From an uncultured bacterium (lineage in GTDB: Bacteria > Planctomycetota > UBA1135 > GCA-002686595): a stretch of DNA of 64,000 nucleotides. The position numbers were made by a program, and so were the translations under genes. A model generated the notes under the pieces. The model did no database searches, had not been told where the DNA came from, and saw only the letters and a list, made by a program, of their open reading frames with translations. The DNA is taken from assembly GCA_943787795.1 (NCBI GenBank), contig CALSNU010000002.1:448001-512000 (forward strand), written 5' to 3'. Positions 19,781-28,575 of this stretch are shown one piece after another; within the stretch, counting starts at the first letter, position 1; the number at the start of each line of letters is the position of its first letter.

Positions 19781-20566
19781 TCAGCGGATGAGCTGGTTGA
19801 CCTGCTGGAGCATCTCGTCCGAGACGCGGATGGCTCGGCTGTTCACCTCGTAGTTGCGCTGGGCCACGATCAGCGACACAAGCTCGTCGACGGTCTCGAC
19901 GTTGGAGCGCTCGAGGTAGCCCTGCTTGACCATCCCGGCGCCGGCCGTGGTCGGCTGAGTCGCTGCGGGTTGGCCGGACGACGGCGTTCCGGCGAAGTAG
20001 TTACCGCCCATGGCGCGGAGGCCGGTCGGGTTCGGGAACACGTGCAGGCGGATCGTGCCGATCTGGTTCTGCACGTTGCCCTCTCCGAGGGAGTAGACCT
20101 CACCGTCGGCGGAGATCGAGATGCCCTGGCTGTCCGGGGGGACCTGAACCTGGTCGCTGAGAAGGTAGCCCTCGGCGGTCACAAGGCGACCGTTGGCGTC
20201 CTGCCGGAAGGTGCCGTTTCGGGTGTAGCGCTGCTCGCCGTTCGGGAGCTCGATCTCGAAGAAGCCCGCACCCTCGACGCCGAGGTCGAGGGAGTTGCCC
20301 GTGAGCTCGAGGACGCCCTGCTGCATCTCCTTGCGGGATCCTGAGACCTCCGTACCCGAGCCGATCTGGAGGCCGGTCACGTCGTTCTGGTTGTTCGCCA
20401 GCGGCAGGCCAGGCTCGCGATAGGTCTGATAGAGCAGCGAGCGGAAGGAGAGACGGCTCTTCTTGAAGCCACTCGTGTTCACGTTCGCGATGTTGTTCGC
20501 GATCGTGTCGACCTGGAACTGCTGGGCCTTCATGCCGGAGGCCGCGGTGTAGAGAGAACGAATCAT
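19781..20566 (-). CDS. flgG: Flagellar distal rod protein
   Basis: ANNIANVNTSGFKK, YTRNG, LERSNV, AQRNYE. Confidence 0.96.
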   Translation of the reverse strand: MIRSLYTAASGMKAQQFQVDTIANNIANVNTSGFKKSRLSFRSLLYQTYREPGLPLANNQNDVTGLQIGSGTEVSGSRKEMQQGVLELTGNSLDLGVEGAGFFEIELPNGEQRYTRNGTFRQDANGRLVTAEGYLLSDQVQVPPDSQGISISADGEVYSLGEGNVQNQIGTIRLHVFPNPTGLRAMGGNYFAGTPSSGQPAATQPTTAGAGMVKQGYLERSNVETVDELVSLIVAQRNYEVNSRAIRVSDEMLQQVNQLIR

Positions 20567-20597
20567 GGTGCTTGGGTCGCTAGGTTCCTGCCCGGCC

Positions 20598-21293
20598 TCA
20601 GCGATAGAGGCGGCTGAAGCTCTGGTCGATGGTCTTGAACGCCTGTGATGCGGACTCGAAGGACCGCTGGGCTGCGATGAGCTCGACGAGCTCGTCGATG
20701 GTCTCGAGGTTCGCGCGCTCCAGGAATCCCTGGCTCACGGTGGCGTTGGCCTCGGTGTACTGCGCGCCGTCACGGAGGCGGAAGCCGCCGAACTCGTCCG
20801 GCTCGATGGAGCGCGGCCCGTCGACGTTCACGACGCGGATCTGCCCCACGGGGAGCCCTTCCTGGTTCACCCTCCCGTCCGAGTCAATCCGAACGGCGCC
20901 CTTGAGCGGGTCGATGACCCCGCGCCCTCCAGCCCACTGAACCGGGAACCCGCTGGGGTTCACAAGGACGCCCCTCTCGGTCAGTGAGAACTCGCCGTTA
21001 CGCGTCAGGATCTCACTACCTGCGCCCTCGAGGACGAAGAAGCCCCCGCCTTCCAGCGCGAGGTCGAGCGCGTTACCCGTGCTCTGGAGCACGCCTTGGC
21101 TCATGTCGAGGCGCGAGGCCGCGGCGACCTGAGTGTGGCTCGCGTCGTCCGCCCAGTTCTCGACGCCGTGGGCCACGTGGAGCATCCGCTTGAATCCCGT
21201 CGCGTCCGCGTTGGCGATGTTCGAGCTGATGATCTCGACGCGCTGCTGGTTGGCGCTCATGGCGGCGACCGTTCGATAGAGCCCGACGTTCAT
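20598..21293 (-). CDS. flgF: Flagellar rod protein
   Basis: SNIANADATGFK, TGNALDLAL, TRNG, LERAN; upstream of flgG. Confidence 0.85.
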   Translation of the reverse strand: MNVGLYRTVAAMSANQQRVEIISSNIANADATGFKRMLHVAHGVENWADDASHTQVAAASRLDMSQGVLQSTGNALDLALEGGGFFVLEGAGSEILTRNGEFSLTERGVLVNPSGFPVQWAGGRGVIDPLKGAVRIDSDGRVNQEGLPVGQIRVVNVDGPRSIEPDEFGGFRLRDGAQYTEANATVSQGFLERANLETIDELVELIAAQRSFESASQAFKTIDQSFSRLYR

Positions 21294-21305
21294 GCCGGTC
21301 CCTAC

Positions 21306-21320
21306 GCAAGCGCGATGCCA
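21306..21320 (-). promoter_or_regulatory. Sigma-54 (-24/-12) promoter of the flgF operon
   Basis: Minus strand TGGCATCGCGCTTGC, GG-N10-GC spacing. Confidence 0.7.
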
Positions 21321-21385
21321 ACCTCGCTCAGCACCCCTGAGGGCCGCTCGGCAGCCCCGACCGGGAAAGAACTTCCCGCCTTCGG

Positions 21386-22102
21386 TCAGAGGGCGCCGGA
21401 AAGAAGTTCCGGGTCCCTGACGATCCGCACGAGGCGAAAGGCGCCGGCCTCCGGCGCCGCCTGCCGCCCCTCTGCGTCCTCCGTCTCCACCTCGAGTCCG
21501 CGGGCTCGAGCCCGCCTGAGGAAGCCCGGGAGCCGTGTCCGACCCGGGTCGGCGAAGAGCGCCGACCCCCCTGGTGCCATGTAACGCTCGACCACGTCCA
21601 GGAGGGGCTCCTGCAGCCTCGCCTCATATGCAACATCACAGCCCACCAGGAGATCGAAAACCCCCGGCTCGGACCGCTCGAGCTCGCGCCAGTCGAGATC
21701 CCAGGTCCTGGTCCCATCGAGCCCGTTGAGGGCCGCGTTGACGGGCAGCACCGCCAGGGAGAGGGGGTCGTGGTCCGAGAGGGTCAGCTCCGCTGGCCCC
21801 TGTGCCGCCAGAGCCGCCGCGATGCCGACCAGCCCGAGGCCCGCGCCCAGCTCCAGGATCCGCGCGCCGCTGGCGGGGGGCGCCGCCGCGATGCGCCGCG
21901 CCATGGCGGGCGCCGAGTCCCACAGCCAGGCCCAGTACGGCATGGAGTCGTTGAACTCGTTCCTGGCAACGACGGCGTCGTCGTCGAGGAGCGCGTCGGG
22001 GGCCGCGGGGACGAAGAGATCCACCTCCAGACCCGCCGAGACCTCATGGGATTGGCGGGCCCAGCCTCCAGCCAGTTCGGGGAGTCGAGATTCGAGGTTC
22101 AC
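21386..22102 (-). CDS. Class I SAM-dependent methyltransferase (METTL21/lysine methyltransferase-like)
   Basis: PYWAWLWDSA, LELGAGLGLVG, LDW, DVAYE, ADPGR. Confidence 0.8.
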   Translation of the reverse strand: MNLESRLPELAGGWARQSHEVSAGLEVDLFVPAAPDALLDDDAVVARNEFNDSMPYWAWLWDSAPAMARRIAAAPPASGARILELGAGLGLVGIAAALAAQGPAELTLSDHDPLSLAVLPVNAALNGLDGTRTWDLDWRELERSEPGVFDLLVGCDVAYEARLQEPLLDVVERYMAPGGSALFADPGRTRLPGFLRRARARGLEVETEDAEGRQAAPEAGAFRLVRIVRDPELLSGAL

Positions 22103-22157
22103 GGGGAGACTCTAGCGAGACGCGCGGGTCAGGGCGCGGCATGGCGCTGATCAGGAA

Positions 22158-22192
22158 GCGGGGGCCGGGGCGCGTTGCGCTCCGACCCCCGC
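22158..22192 (-). terminator. GC-rich hairpin downstream of flgE
   Basis: gcgggggccggggcgc-gtt-gcgctccgacccccgc. Confidence 0.45.
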
Positions 22193-22234
22193 CCCATCCT
22201 CAGCTCCGGGCACCCTGGGGCACCCCGGCCCGGA

Positions 22235-24211
22235 TCAGACCAGGTTCACGGTCTCGGCGAGGACCTCATCCTGAGTGGAGACCACCCGGGCGTTGGCCTG
22301 ATAGCCGCGCTGAGCCTCGATCAGGCGCACGAACTGCTCCGCAGTATCGACGTTGGAGTTCTCCAGCGAGCCAGAGATCACCGCGCCCGCCTTCCGGATG
22401 TCGCCGGCGCCGTAGCGCGCCTCCCCGGAGTTGGGCGTCTCCTCGAACATGTTGTTGCCCGAGCTCCGTAGCCCCTCGTCGTTCTGGAACGTCACGACCC
22501 CCAGGGCCCCCAGGGCGCGCGACTGGCCGTTGGAGTAGAAGCCGTCGATCTGGCCGGTGGTCGAGACGGTGATGTTGGCGAGCTCGCCATCCCCGAACCC
22601 GTTCTGGTCGAAGACGTAGGCGGTCCCTGCGCTGCCAAACTGGGTCAAGCCGTCCACCGACCCGTCCGCTCCGAGGTTGACAGAGACCTCCTGGAGAGGC
22701 TGCCCTGTGAACTGGAGCTGCATCCGTGAGTCCACGGAGCCGAGGCCCGTGGGGGACCCATCCGGCGCAAAGGTGATCCCCGTGATCGGGTCCGCTGCGC
22801 TGCCTTTGCCGACCACTCCCTCGCTGGGATCCAGGTCGGCGTACAGGTTCCAGGTCAGGTCCGCCTGGCGCTCATAGCGCATGGTCACCGAGTGCGCCAC
22901 GCCAGCGGCGTCGTAGATCTCGGTGGAGGTCGTGACGGTGTCTGGCCCGGTCCCGTCGGTCGTGACCGACATCGCGTAAGCGCTGAAATCGGTCCCACCG
23001 GTGTTGGACGACCCGTCCGACATCGAGAGCAGAAGGTTCGCCTGGCCCGCGGTCTGAGCCGTCGCGACGAGGCGTCCGGAGCCGTCGACGGAGACCACCG
23101 CGTCCGTGTAGAGCGAGTCCAGGAAGCTCACGAGATCTTGCATCGTCGTGCCGTTGTTGACCGCACCGAAGGTGAAGGTCCCTGAGACCGGGCTACCGTC
23201 GGTGTCTTCACCGACGATCTGGATCTGGTCCCCGTTCACGTACTCCTTGAGGTTCGCCGTGAGGTCGTTCAGGTTCGCCGTGCTGAGGTCGCTCGGGATC
23301 GGGGTCTCCGTACCGGACTGAATGGTCGTGGAGAAGCCCACCATCTGCGTCAGGTCAGCCACGCCCGCCGGCGGGTTGAGGTCAACAGAGAACGAGCCGC
23401 CCTTGCGGTTCGTCGAGATCGCGATCTGCCCGGCCCCGTTCACGGTGGCCGTCACATCCTGCAGCGCGTTGATGGCTGCGGCGATGGAGGCAGAGGTCAC
23501 GTCCCCGGTGGTCGGGTCGCTCGACACGATCACCTGCTGGGGCACGCCGCCGTTGGCGATGAGCTCCATGGCGACGATGTCTCCCGGCGCCCCTCCCACG
23601 GACGAGACGTTGTAGGTCGCGCTCGTACCAGTACTTGCGATCTCAGCTGCCGTCCCCATGGAGAACGAGGAGTTGGCGGAGAGCAGCTCCGCCAGAGGGC
23701 CCTCGACCACCGCGGACAGGTTCCCCTTCATGGTCACGTCCGTGGTGACCTGCGGCGGGAAGAGCGAGGCCACATCAAGGGAAATGGCGGCGCCACTCGG
23801 GTTCAGAACCCGCATCCCCGAGCCCTGATCCACGAGGTTCTGCTGGGAGTCCAGACCGAAGGTCCCCACCCGGGTAAAGCTACGGCCCTCGCTACTCTCG
23901 AGCGCGAAGAAGCCCCCGCCCTCGAGGGCGAGGTCAAAGACGCGGCCCGTGTCGGAGAGCGCGCCCTGGGTGAAGGTCTGATCCACGCTGGCGAGGCCAA
24001 CGCCGTACCCGACCTGCATGCCATTGATCCCGCCGACGCCGCTCCGCGGACCGCTCGCGAACCTGAAGTTACGAGAGAAGTTATCCGCGAACACGGCGCG
24101 GCTCTTTTTGTAGCCGGGCGTGTTCTGGTTGGCGAGGTTGTTACCGATGACGTCGATCCACTGCTGGTGCGATCGCATCCCGGAGAGGGCGGAATAGAAG
24201 GATGAAGGCAT
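22235..24211 (-). CDS. flgE: Flagellar hook protein (enlarged)
   Basis: IGNNLANQNTPGYK, FTQG, FTRVG, LENSNVD, AQRGYQAN. Confidence 0.95.
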   Translation of the reverse strand: MPSSFYSALSGMRSHQQWIDVIGNNLANQNTPGYKKSRAVFADNFSRNFRFASGPRSGVGGINGMQVGYGVGLASVDQTFTQGALSDTGRVFDLALEGGGFFALESSEGRSFTRVGTFGLDSQQNLVDQGSGMRVLNPSGAAISLDVASLFPPQVTTDVTMKGNLSAVVEGPLAELLSANSSFSMGTAAEIASTGTSATYNVSSVGGAPGDIVAMELIANGGVPQQVIVSSDPTTGDVTSASIAAAINALQDVTATVNGAGQIAISTNRKGGSFSVDLNPPAGVADLTQMVGFSTTIQSGTETPIPSDLSTANLNDLTANLKEYVNGDQIQIVGEDTDGSPVSGTFTFGAVNNGTTMQDLVSFLDSLYTDAVVSVDGSGRLVATAQTAGQANLLLSMSDGSSNTGGTDFSAYAMSVTTDGTGPDTVTTSTEIYDAAGVAHSVTMRYERQADLTWNLYADLDPSEGVVGKGSAADPITGITFAPDGSPTGLGSVDSRMQLQFTGQPLQEVSVNLGADGSVDGLTQFGSAGTAYVFDQNGFGDGELANITVSTTGQIDGFYSNGQSRALGALGVVTFQNDEGLRSSGNNMFEETPNSGEARYGAGDIRKAGAVISGSLENSNVDTAEQFVRLIEAQRGYQANARVVSTQDEVLAETVNLV

Positions 24212-24271
24212 AAGACTACGTTTGGCTCAGGTGGTGGATTCGAAAGGAGGCGAGGCGCGGGCCGTCGTGGT

Positions 24272-24766
24272 TCAGAAGGACTCGCCGGAGCCCTCGCCTT
24301 CGCCTTCGTCCTCGCCGACGATCTCGTCCCCGTCACCGACCTCGCCGAGGACCTCGGCGACGCGGGCGAGGGGCACATCGATCCCGTCGATACCGAGGAA
24401 GATCTCGCCGTTCTGGACCCTCGCGGAGTCCACGGCGCCCTGGGCCATCTCACCCGAGACCGGGTCGAGATAGCCGACACGCTGGCCCACGAGGCCGCTG
24501 GCACCCGTGAGCTGGTCCATCAGGGCGTTGCCCTGCTGCAGGCGGGCCATGCCCACCAGGTTCTCATTCACGAGCTCCATCTGCTCCAGCGAGGAGAACT
24601 GCGCCAGCTGGGCGGCGAGCTCCTCATTCGACTGAGGCGACATGGGGTCCTGGTTCTGAAGCTGGGTGACCAGCAGCTGCGTGAACGCGTTCTTGTCGAG
24701 CTGCTGGTTGGCCGTCGCATTGGAGAAGCTCCGCTGCGCGTCCTGAATTCCGATTCCGTCAATCAT
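24272..24766 (-). CDS. flgD: Flagellar hook capping protein
   Basis: FTQLLVTQLQNQDPMSP, QLAQFSSLEQ. Confidence 0.94.
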   Translation of the reverse strand: MIDGIGIQDAQRSFSNATANQQLDKNAFTQLLVTQLQNQDPMSPQSNEELAAQLAQFSSLEQMELVNENLVGMARLQQGNALMDQLTGASGLVGQRVGYLDPVSGEMAQGAVDSARVQNGEIFLGIDGIDVPLARVAEVLGEVGDGDEIVGEDEGEGEGSGESF

Positions 24767-24792
24767 GGCTGCCTGCTGTTGTGGTTTGAGTA

Positions 24793-25962
24793 TCAGGCGG
24801 TGAGGTCCACACCGCCCTCGGCGGTGCGTGTAGCGAGTTGTTGGACGAGCGCCTCGGGGCTGGCGATGGGACTGGCCTCATCGCCGCTCTGGCCCCGGCG
24901 CGCACCGGAGTCCTGCCCGCGCTCGCCTTGTTCCGAGCGGGCCTGGGCGTCCGCTTCGGCGGAGGTCATCAGCCCGAGGTTGAGCTCCACGCTCTCCGCG
25001 CCGTCCCGACTCAGCCAGGCCCGAAGCTCGGGCGCATGGGCCTCAAGGACGGCCAGCGTCTCGGCGCTCTCGGCGGCGATGGACGCGTGGACGGCGCCCT
25101 GGTCGACCTTCACGTGGAGCCGCAGGCGGCCGAGGTCAACGGGGTTGAGGTTGATGGTGGCCTCTCGGTCGCCGCCCTGGATGCGCACCTTCAGCTGCTC
25201 GAGGATGGCCTCCGCGCGCTGCATGGAGGACGCGGGCTTGGCCGGCGCCGTCTTGTTCGTCGGTGCACCCGCGGCCGTCTCGACCCGGGTGCCCGCGGCG
25301 GTCGCAGCGGCGGGTGGGCGGTTGCCACCGGATGCCACCCCGGGCAGAGGCTGGCCCGTCCCAGGGGCCCTGAAGACCCCCGAGATCGCCGGCGCGGGTC
25401 CGGCAGAGGCCCCCATGGAGAGCGTCATCGGACCCGTAGGCTGCTGGGGCTGGGCCCCGAGGGTCGGGCCATAGGGCGCCTCGGTGACGTCCTCAGGCTC
25501 GATGGTCGAGCCCTGGGCGTCACTGGCGTCGGTCCACCCGGCGGCCTTCTCCTGACCGGAGAGCTTGCCGCCGTGGCGCCCGGAGGCTGCCTTCTGCCCG
25601 CCTCTGAACTCTGCGCTACGACGGCTCGACCCTGACTGTTCGGTGGCGCGGTCCGCCTGACGCGCGGCGTCATTGCGCTGGGCATCGGCCCGGGCGTCAC
25701 GCACCTGCTGATCATCTCTGACCGCCGACTCGCGGCGCCTGACCTGCTTGGCGGAGTCCGTTCGCCCATCACGAATGCGTGCGGCGACGTTGTCTTCCAC
25801 CTCTTCACGGGACCGTCGCGTCATCGTCGATCCTTCGGATGACTTCAGCTCCAGGTACTCCGAGAACCTCCCCGCGGCGGGCGATCCGCCTGGGCTACCC
25901 GCTCCAGGGGTGGTGGACGTGGGCGGCCGCTCCGTGCCGAGCGCCCGCCCTTCCATATCCAT
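24793..25962 (-). CDS. fliK: Flagellar hook-length control protein
   Basis: Low-complexity N-terminus; INLNPVDLGRL C-terminal domain; start placed downstream of the sigma-54 site. Confidence 0.85.
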   Translation of the reverse strand: MDMEGRALGTERPPTSTTPGAGSPGGSPAAGRFSEYLELKSSEGSTMTRRSREEVEDNVAARIRDGRTDSAKQVRRRESAVRDDQQVRDARADAQRNDAARQADRATEQSGSSRRSAEFRGGQKAASGRHGGKLSGQEKAAGWTDASDAQGSTIEPEDVTEAPYGPTLGAQPQQPTGPMTLSMGASAGPAPAISGVFRAPGTGQPLPGVASGGNRPPAAATAAGTRVETAAGAPTNKTAPAKPASSMQRAEAILEQLKVRIQGGDREATINLNPVDLGRLRLHVKVDQGAVHASIAAESAETLAVLEAHAPELRAWLSRDGAESVELNLGLMTSAEADAQARSEQGERGQDSGARRGQSGDEASPIASPEALVQQLATRTAEGGVDLTA

Positions 25963-26010
25963 GGAACGGAGATTCGAATGGGACTTCAAATACTCCATCG
26001 ACGGCCATGG

Positions 26011-26026
26011 AGCAATGGCCGTGCCA
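26011..26026 (-). promoter_or_regulatory. Sigma-54 (-24/-12) promoter of fliK-flgD-flgE
   Basis: Minus strand TGGCACGGCCATTGCT matches TGGCACG-N4-TTGC. Confidence 0.82.
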
Positions 26027-26098
26027 AGCGCGCCGCGGGGCCGCAGGCGAGGTCTCGGCCACAATCAGGTGGAAGACCTTTCCGGCCCCGGAAAGTCC

Positions 26099-26785
26099 TT
26101 ACGCCCCTTTCTTTCGCAGGTCCGCCGACCCGTCGTCGTGACCGATCACCAGCGTGCGCGCGAGGTTGATGAAGAGGCCGGACTCCACGACTCCAGGGAT
26201 CGCGTCGAGGGCCAACTCCAGCTGGGCGGCGTCCGAGATGCCGCTCTCGAAGTGAACGTCGAGGATCTGGTTGCCGTTGTCGGTCAGGTAGGAGGCGCCC
26301 TCCGCCCCCCGCAGCTTCGGAGCACCGCCGAGCGCCCGGATCCCGCGCTCCACCGCCGCCCGTGCGAAGGGGACGACCTCGACGGGGAGGTCGAATGTGG
26401 TCCCCAGGGTGCCCACGACCTTCTCCGGGCCGACGACGACCACCATGTGCTCGGTGGCGGCCGCCACGACCTTCTCACGCAGCAGCGCGCCGCCGCCGCC
26501 CTTGATCATGGCGTAGTCCCCGTCGATCTCGTCCGCCCCATCAATGGTGACGTCGAAGCGCTCCACCTCGTCAAGGGTCGCCAGCGGGATGCCGAACTCG
26601 CGGGCCTTGTTCTCGGTGTCCACGGACGTCGGCACGCCGCGGATCACCAGACCCTCGTCCCGGATCCGCTCCCCAAGGCGCTCGAGGGCAAAGAACACGG
26701 TCGAGCCGGTCCCCAGCCCAACGTCCTGCCCGGTCTCCACCACGTCTGCTGCGCGGCGACCCGCGGCTCTCTTGGAAGCGCTCAT
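26099..26785 (-). CDS. rpiA: Ribose-5-phosphate isomerase A
   Basis: GLGTGST, DGADE, IKGGGGALLREK. Confidence 0.97.
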   Translation of the reverse strand: MSASKRAAGRRAADVVETGQDVGLGTGSTVFFALERLGERIRDEGLVIRGVPTSVDTENKAREFGIPLATLDEVERFDVTIDGADEIDGDYAMIKGGGGALLREKVVAAATEHMVVVVGPEKVVGTLGTTFDLPVEVVPFARAAVERGIRALGGAPKLRGAEGASYLTDNGNQILDVHFESGISDAAQLELALDAIPGVVESGLFINLARTLVIGHDDGSADLRKKGA

Positions 26786-26882
26786 GGGGCCAACTTAGCG
26801 CCCAGGGCAGCCGGCTGCGATCATGGGCCGGGCTGCCCGAGGCGCTTGGACGACATCCGCGGATCCCTGTAGGGTCGTGGCC

Positions 26883-28466
26883 ATGCTCCTCTCCCAGAGA
26901 CCCCGCCTGGTCACCTCCCTCGTGTTGCTCCTGGCCGCCTCCGCGGCCTCCCCCGCTGCTGCGACCGCGCAGGAGAGCGGTCCCAAGGGGAGCCGGCCCA
27001 ACATTCTGTTCATCTTCAGCGATGACCACGCCACCGACGCCATCGGGGCGTACGGCGGGCGACTCGCGGGCGTGGACCCCACGCCCCGCATCGACCAGCT
27101 GGCGAGCGAGGGCATGGTCTTCCGGCGCTCCTTCTGCACCAACTCCATCTGCGGGCCGAGCCGCGCCGTGATCCTCACGGGCAAGCACAGCCACGTGAAC
27201 GGGTTCGAGCAGAACGGGAACCGCTTCGACGGGGGCCAGCCGACCTTCCCGAAGATGCTGAAGAAGGCGGGCTACACCACCGCCATGATCGGCAAGTGGC
27301 ACCTGGGGAGCGACCCCCAGGGCTTCGACTACTGGGACGTGCTCCCTGGCCAGGGGGCCTACTACAACCCACGCCTCAAGCGCGCCGAGGGCCCCCGGGT
27401 CGTGGAGGGGCACTGCACCGACATCGTCACCGACCTCGCCCTCGAGTGGCTCGAGGGGAACAAGGACTCCGAGCAGCCCTGGCTGCTCATGTGCCAGCAC
27501 AAGGCGCCCCACCGCACGTGGATGCCCGCCGCCCGGCACCTGGACCTGTACGCCGACATGGACCTCCCGGTCCCCGACACCCTCTTCGACGATCACGCGG
27601 ACAACTCGAGCGCCGCGGCCCGCTCCGAGATGTCGATCGCGGAGCACATGTACCTCTTCTATGACCTCTTCGTACCGCCGGTGGAGGGCGCGGACCCGAA
27701 GAAGGGCGGCTCCCTGGACGCCTCGGGTCAGCGCAACCTGGATCGTATGACGCCGGCGCAGCGGGCCCTCTGGGATGCCGCCTACGGCCCCCGCAACGCC
27801 GCCTTCCGCGCGGCCAATCTCGAGGGCGAGGATCTCGTTCGCTGGAAGTACCAGCGCTACGTGAAGAACTACCTGCGCTGCGTGCGCGGCGTGGACGAGA
27901 GCGTCGGGCGCCTGGTGGACTGGCTCGCGGAGAACGGCCTCGATGAGAACACCATCGTCATCTACTCGTCCGACCAGGGCTTCTACCTGGGTGACCACGG
28001 CTGGTACGACAAGCGCTGGATGTACGAGGAGTCCCTGGAGATGCCCTTCGTCATCCGCTGGCCGGGCGTCGTGCCCGCGGGGGGCACGTCGGACGCACTG
28101 ATCCAGAACCTCGACTACGCCCCCACGTTCCTCGAGGCCGCCGGCGCCGAGATCCCCGCGGACATGCAGGGCCGCTCCCTGATCCCGGTCCTCGGCGGCG
28201 AGACCCCCGAGGACTGGCGCGACGCCATCTACTACCGCTACTTCGAGTTCCCCGGCCCGCACCAGGTCGCCAAGCACTACGGCATCCGCACGGACCGCTA
28301 CAAGCTCATGTACTTCCACGACATCGACCAGTGGGAGTTCTATGACCTCCAGGAAGATCCCGACGAGCTCACGAACGTGTTCGGCGCCCCCGAACACACC
28401 GCCCGCATCGCCCGCCTGGCCACGCGCCTCGGTGAGATGAAGGCTGCGGCGCTCGACACCGATTGA
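26883..28466 (+). CDS. Secreted formylglycine-dependent sulfatase (S1 family)
   Basis: Signal peptide; PNILFIFSDDH, CGPSRAVILTG, GKWHL, SDQG. Confidence 0.93.
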   Translation: MLLSQRPRLVTSLVLLLAASAASPAAATAQESGPKGSRPNILFIFSDDHATDAIGAYGGRLAGVDPTPRIDQLASEGMVFRRSFCTNSICGPSRAVILTGKHSHVNGFEQNGNRFDGGQPTFPKMLKKAGYTTAMIGKWHLGSDPQGFDYWDVLPGQGAYYNPRLKRAEGPRVVEGHCTDIVTDLALEWLEGNKDSEQPWLLMCQHKAPHRTWMPAARHLDLYADMDLPVPDTLFDDHADNSSAAARSEMSIAEHMYLFYDLFVPPVEGADPKKGGSLDASGQRNLDRMTPAQRALWDAAYGPRNAAFRAANLEGEDLVRWKYQRYVKNYLRCVRGVDESVGRLVDWLAENGLDENTIVIYSSDQGFYLGDHGWYDKRWMYEESLEMPFVIRWPGVVPAGGTSDALIQNLDYAPTFLEAAGAEIPADMQGRSLIPVLGGETPEDWRDAIYYRYFEFPGPHQVAKHYGIRTDRYKLMYFHDIDQWEFYDLQEDPDELTNVFGAPEHTARIARLATRLGEMKAAALDTD

Positions 28467-28575
28467 CCCGGAGACGCGGCCCTCGGTCGCGCCTGACGGG
28501 AATCTCTCCCAGGTTGAGGACTCCAGGCCACCAGGCTTCAGAGCTCCAGCCTCTCCGACCGACGGGGAGACTGGT

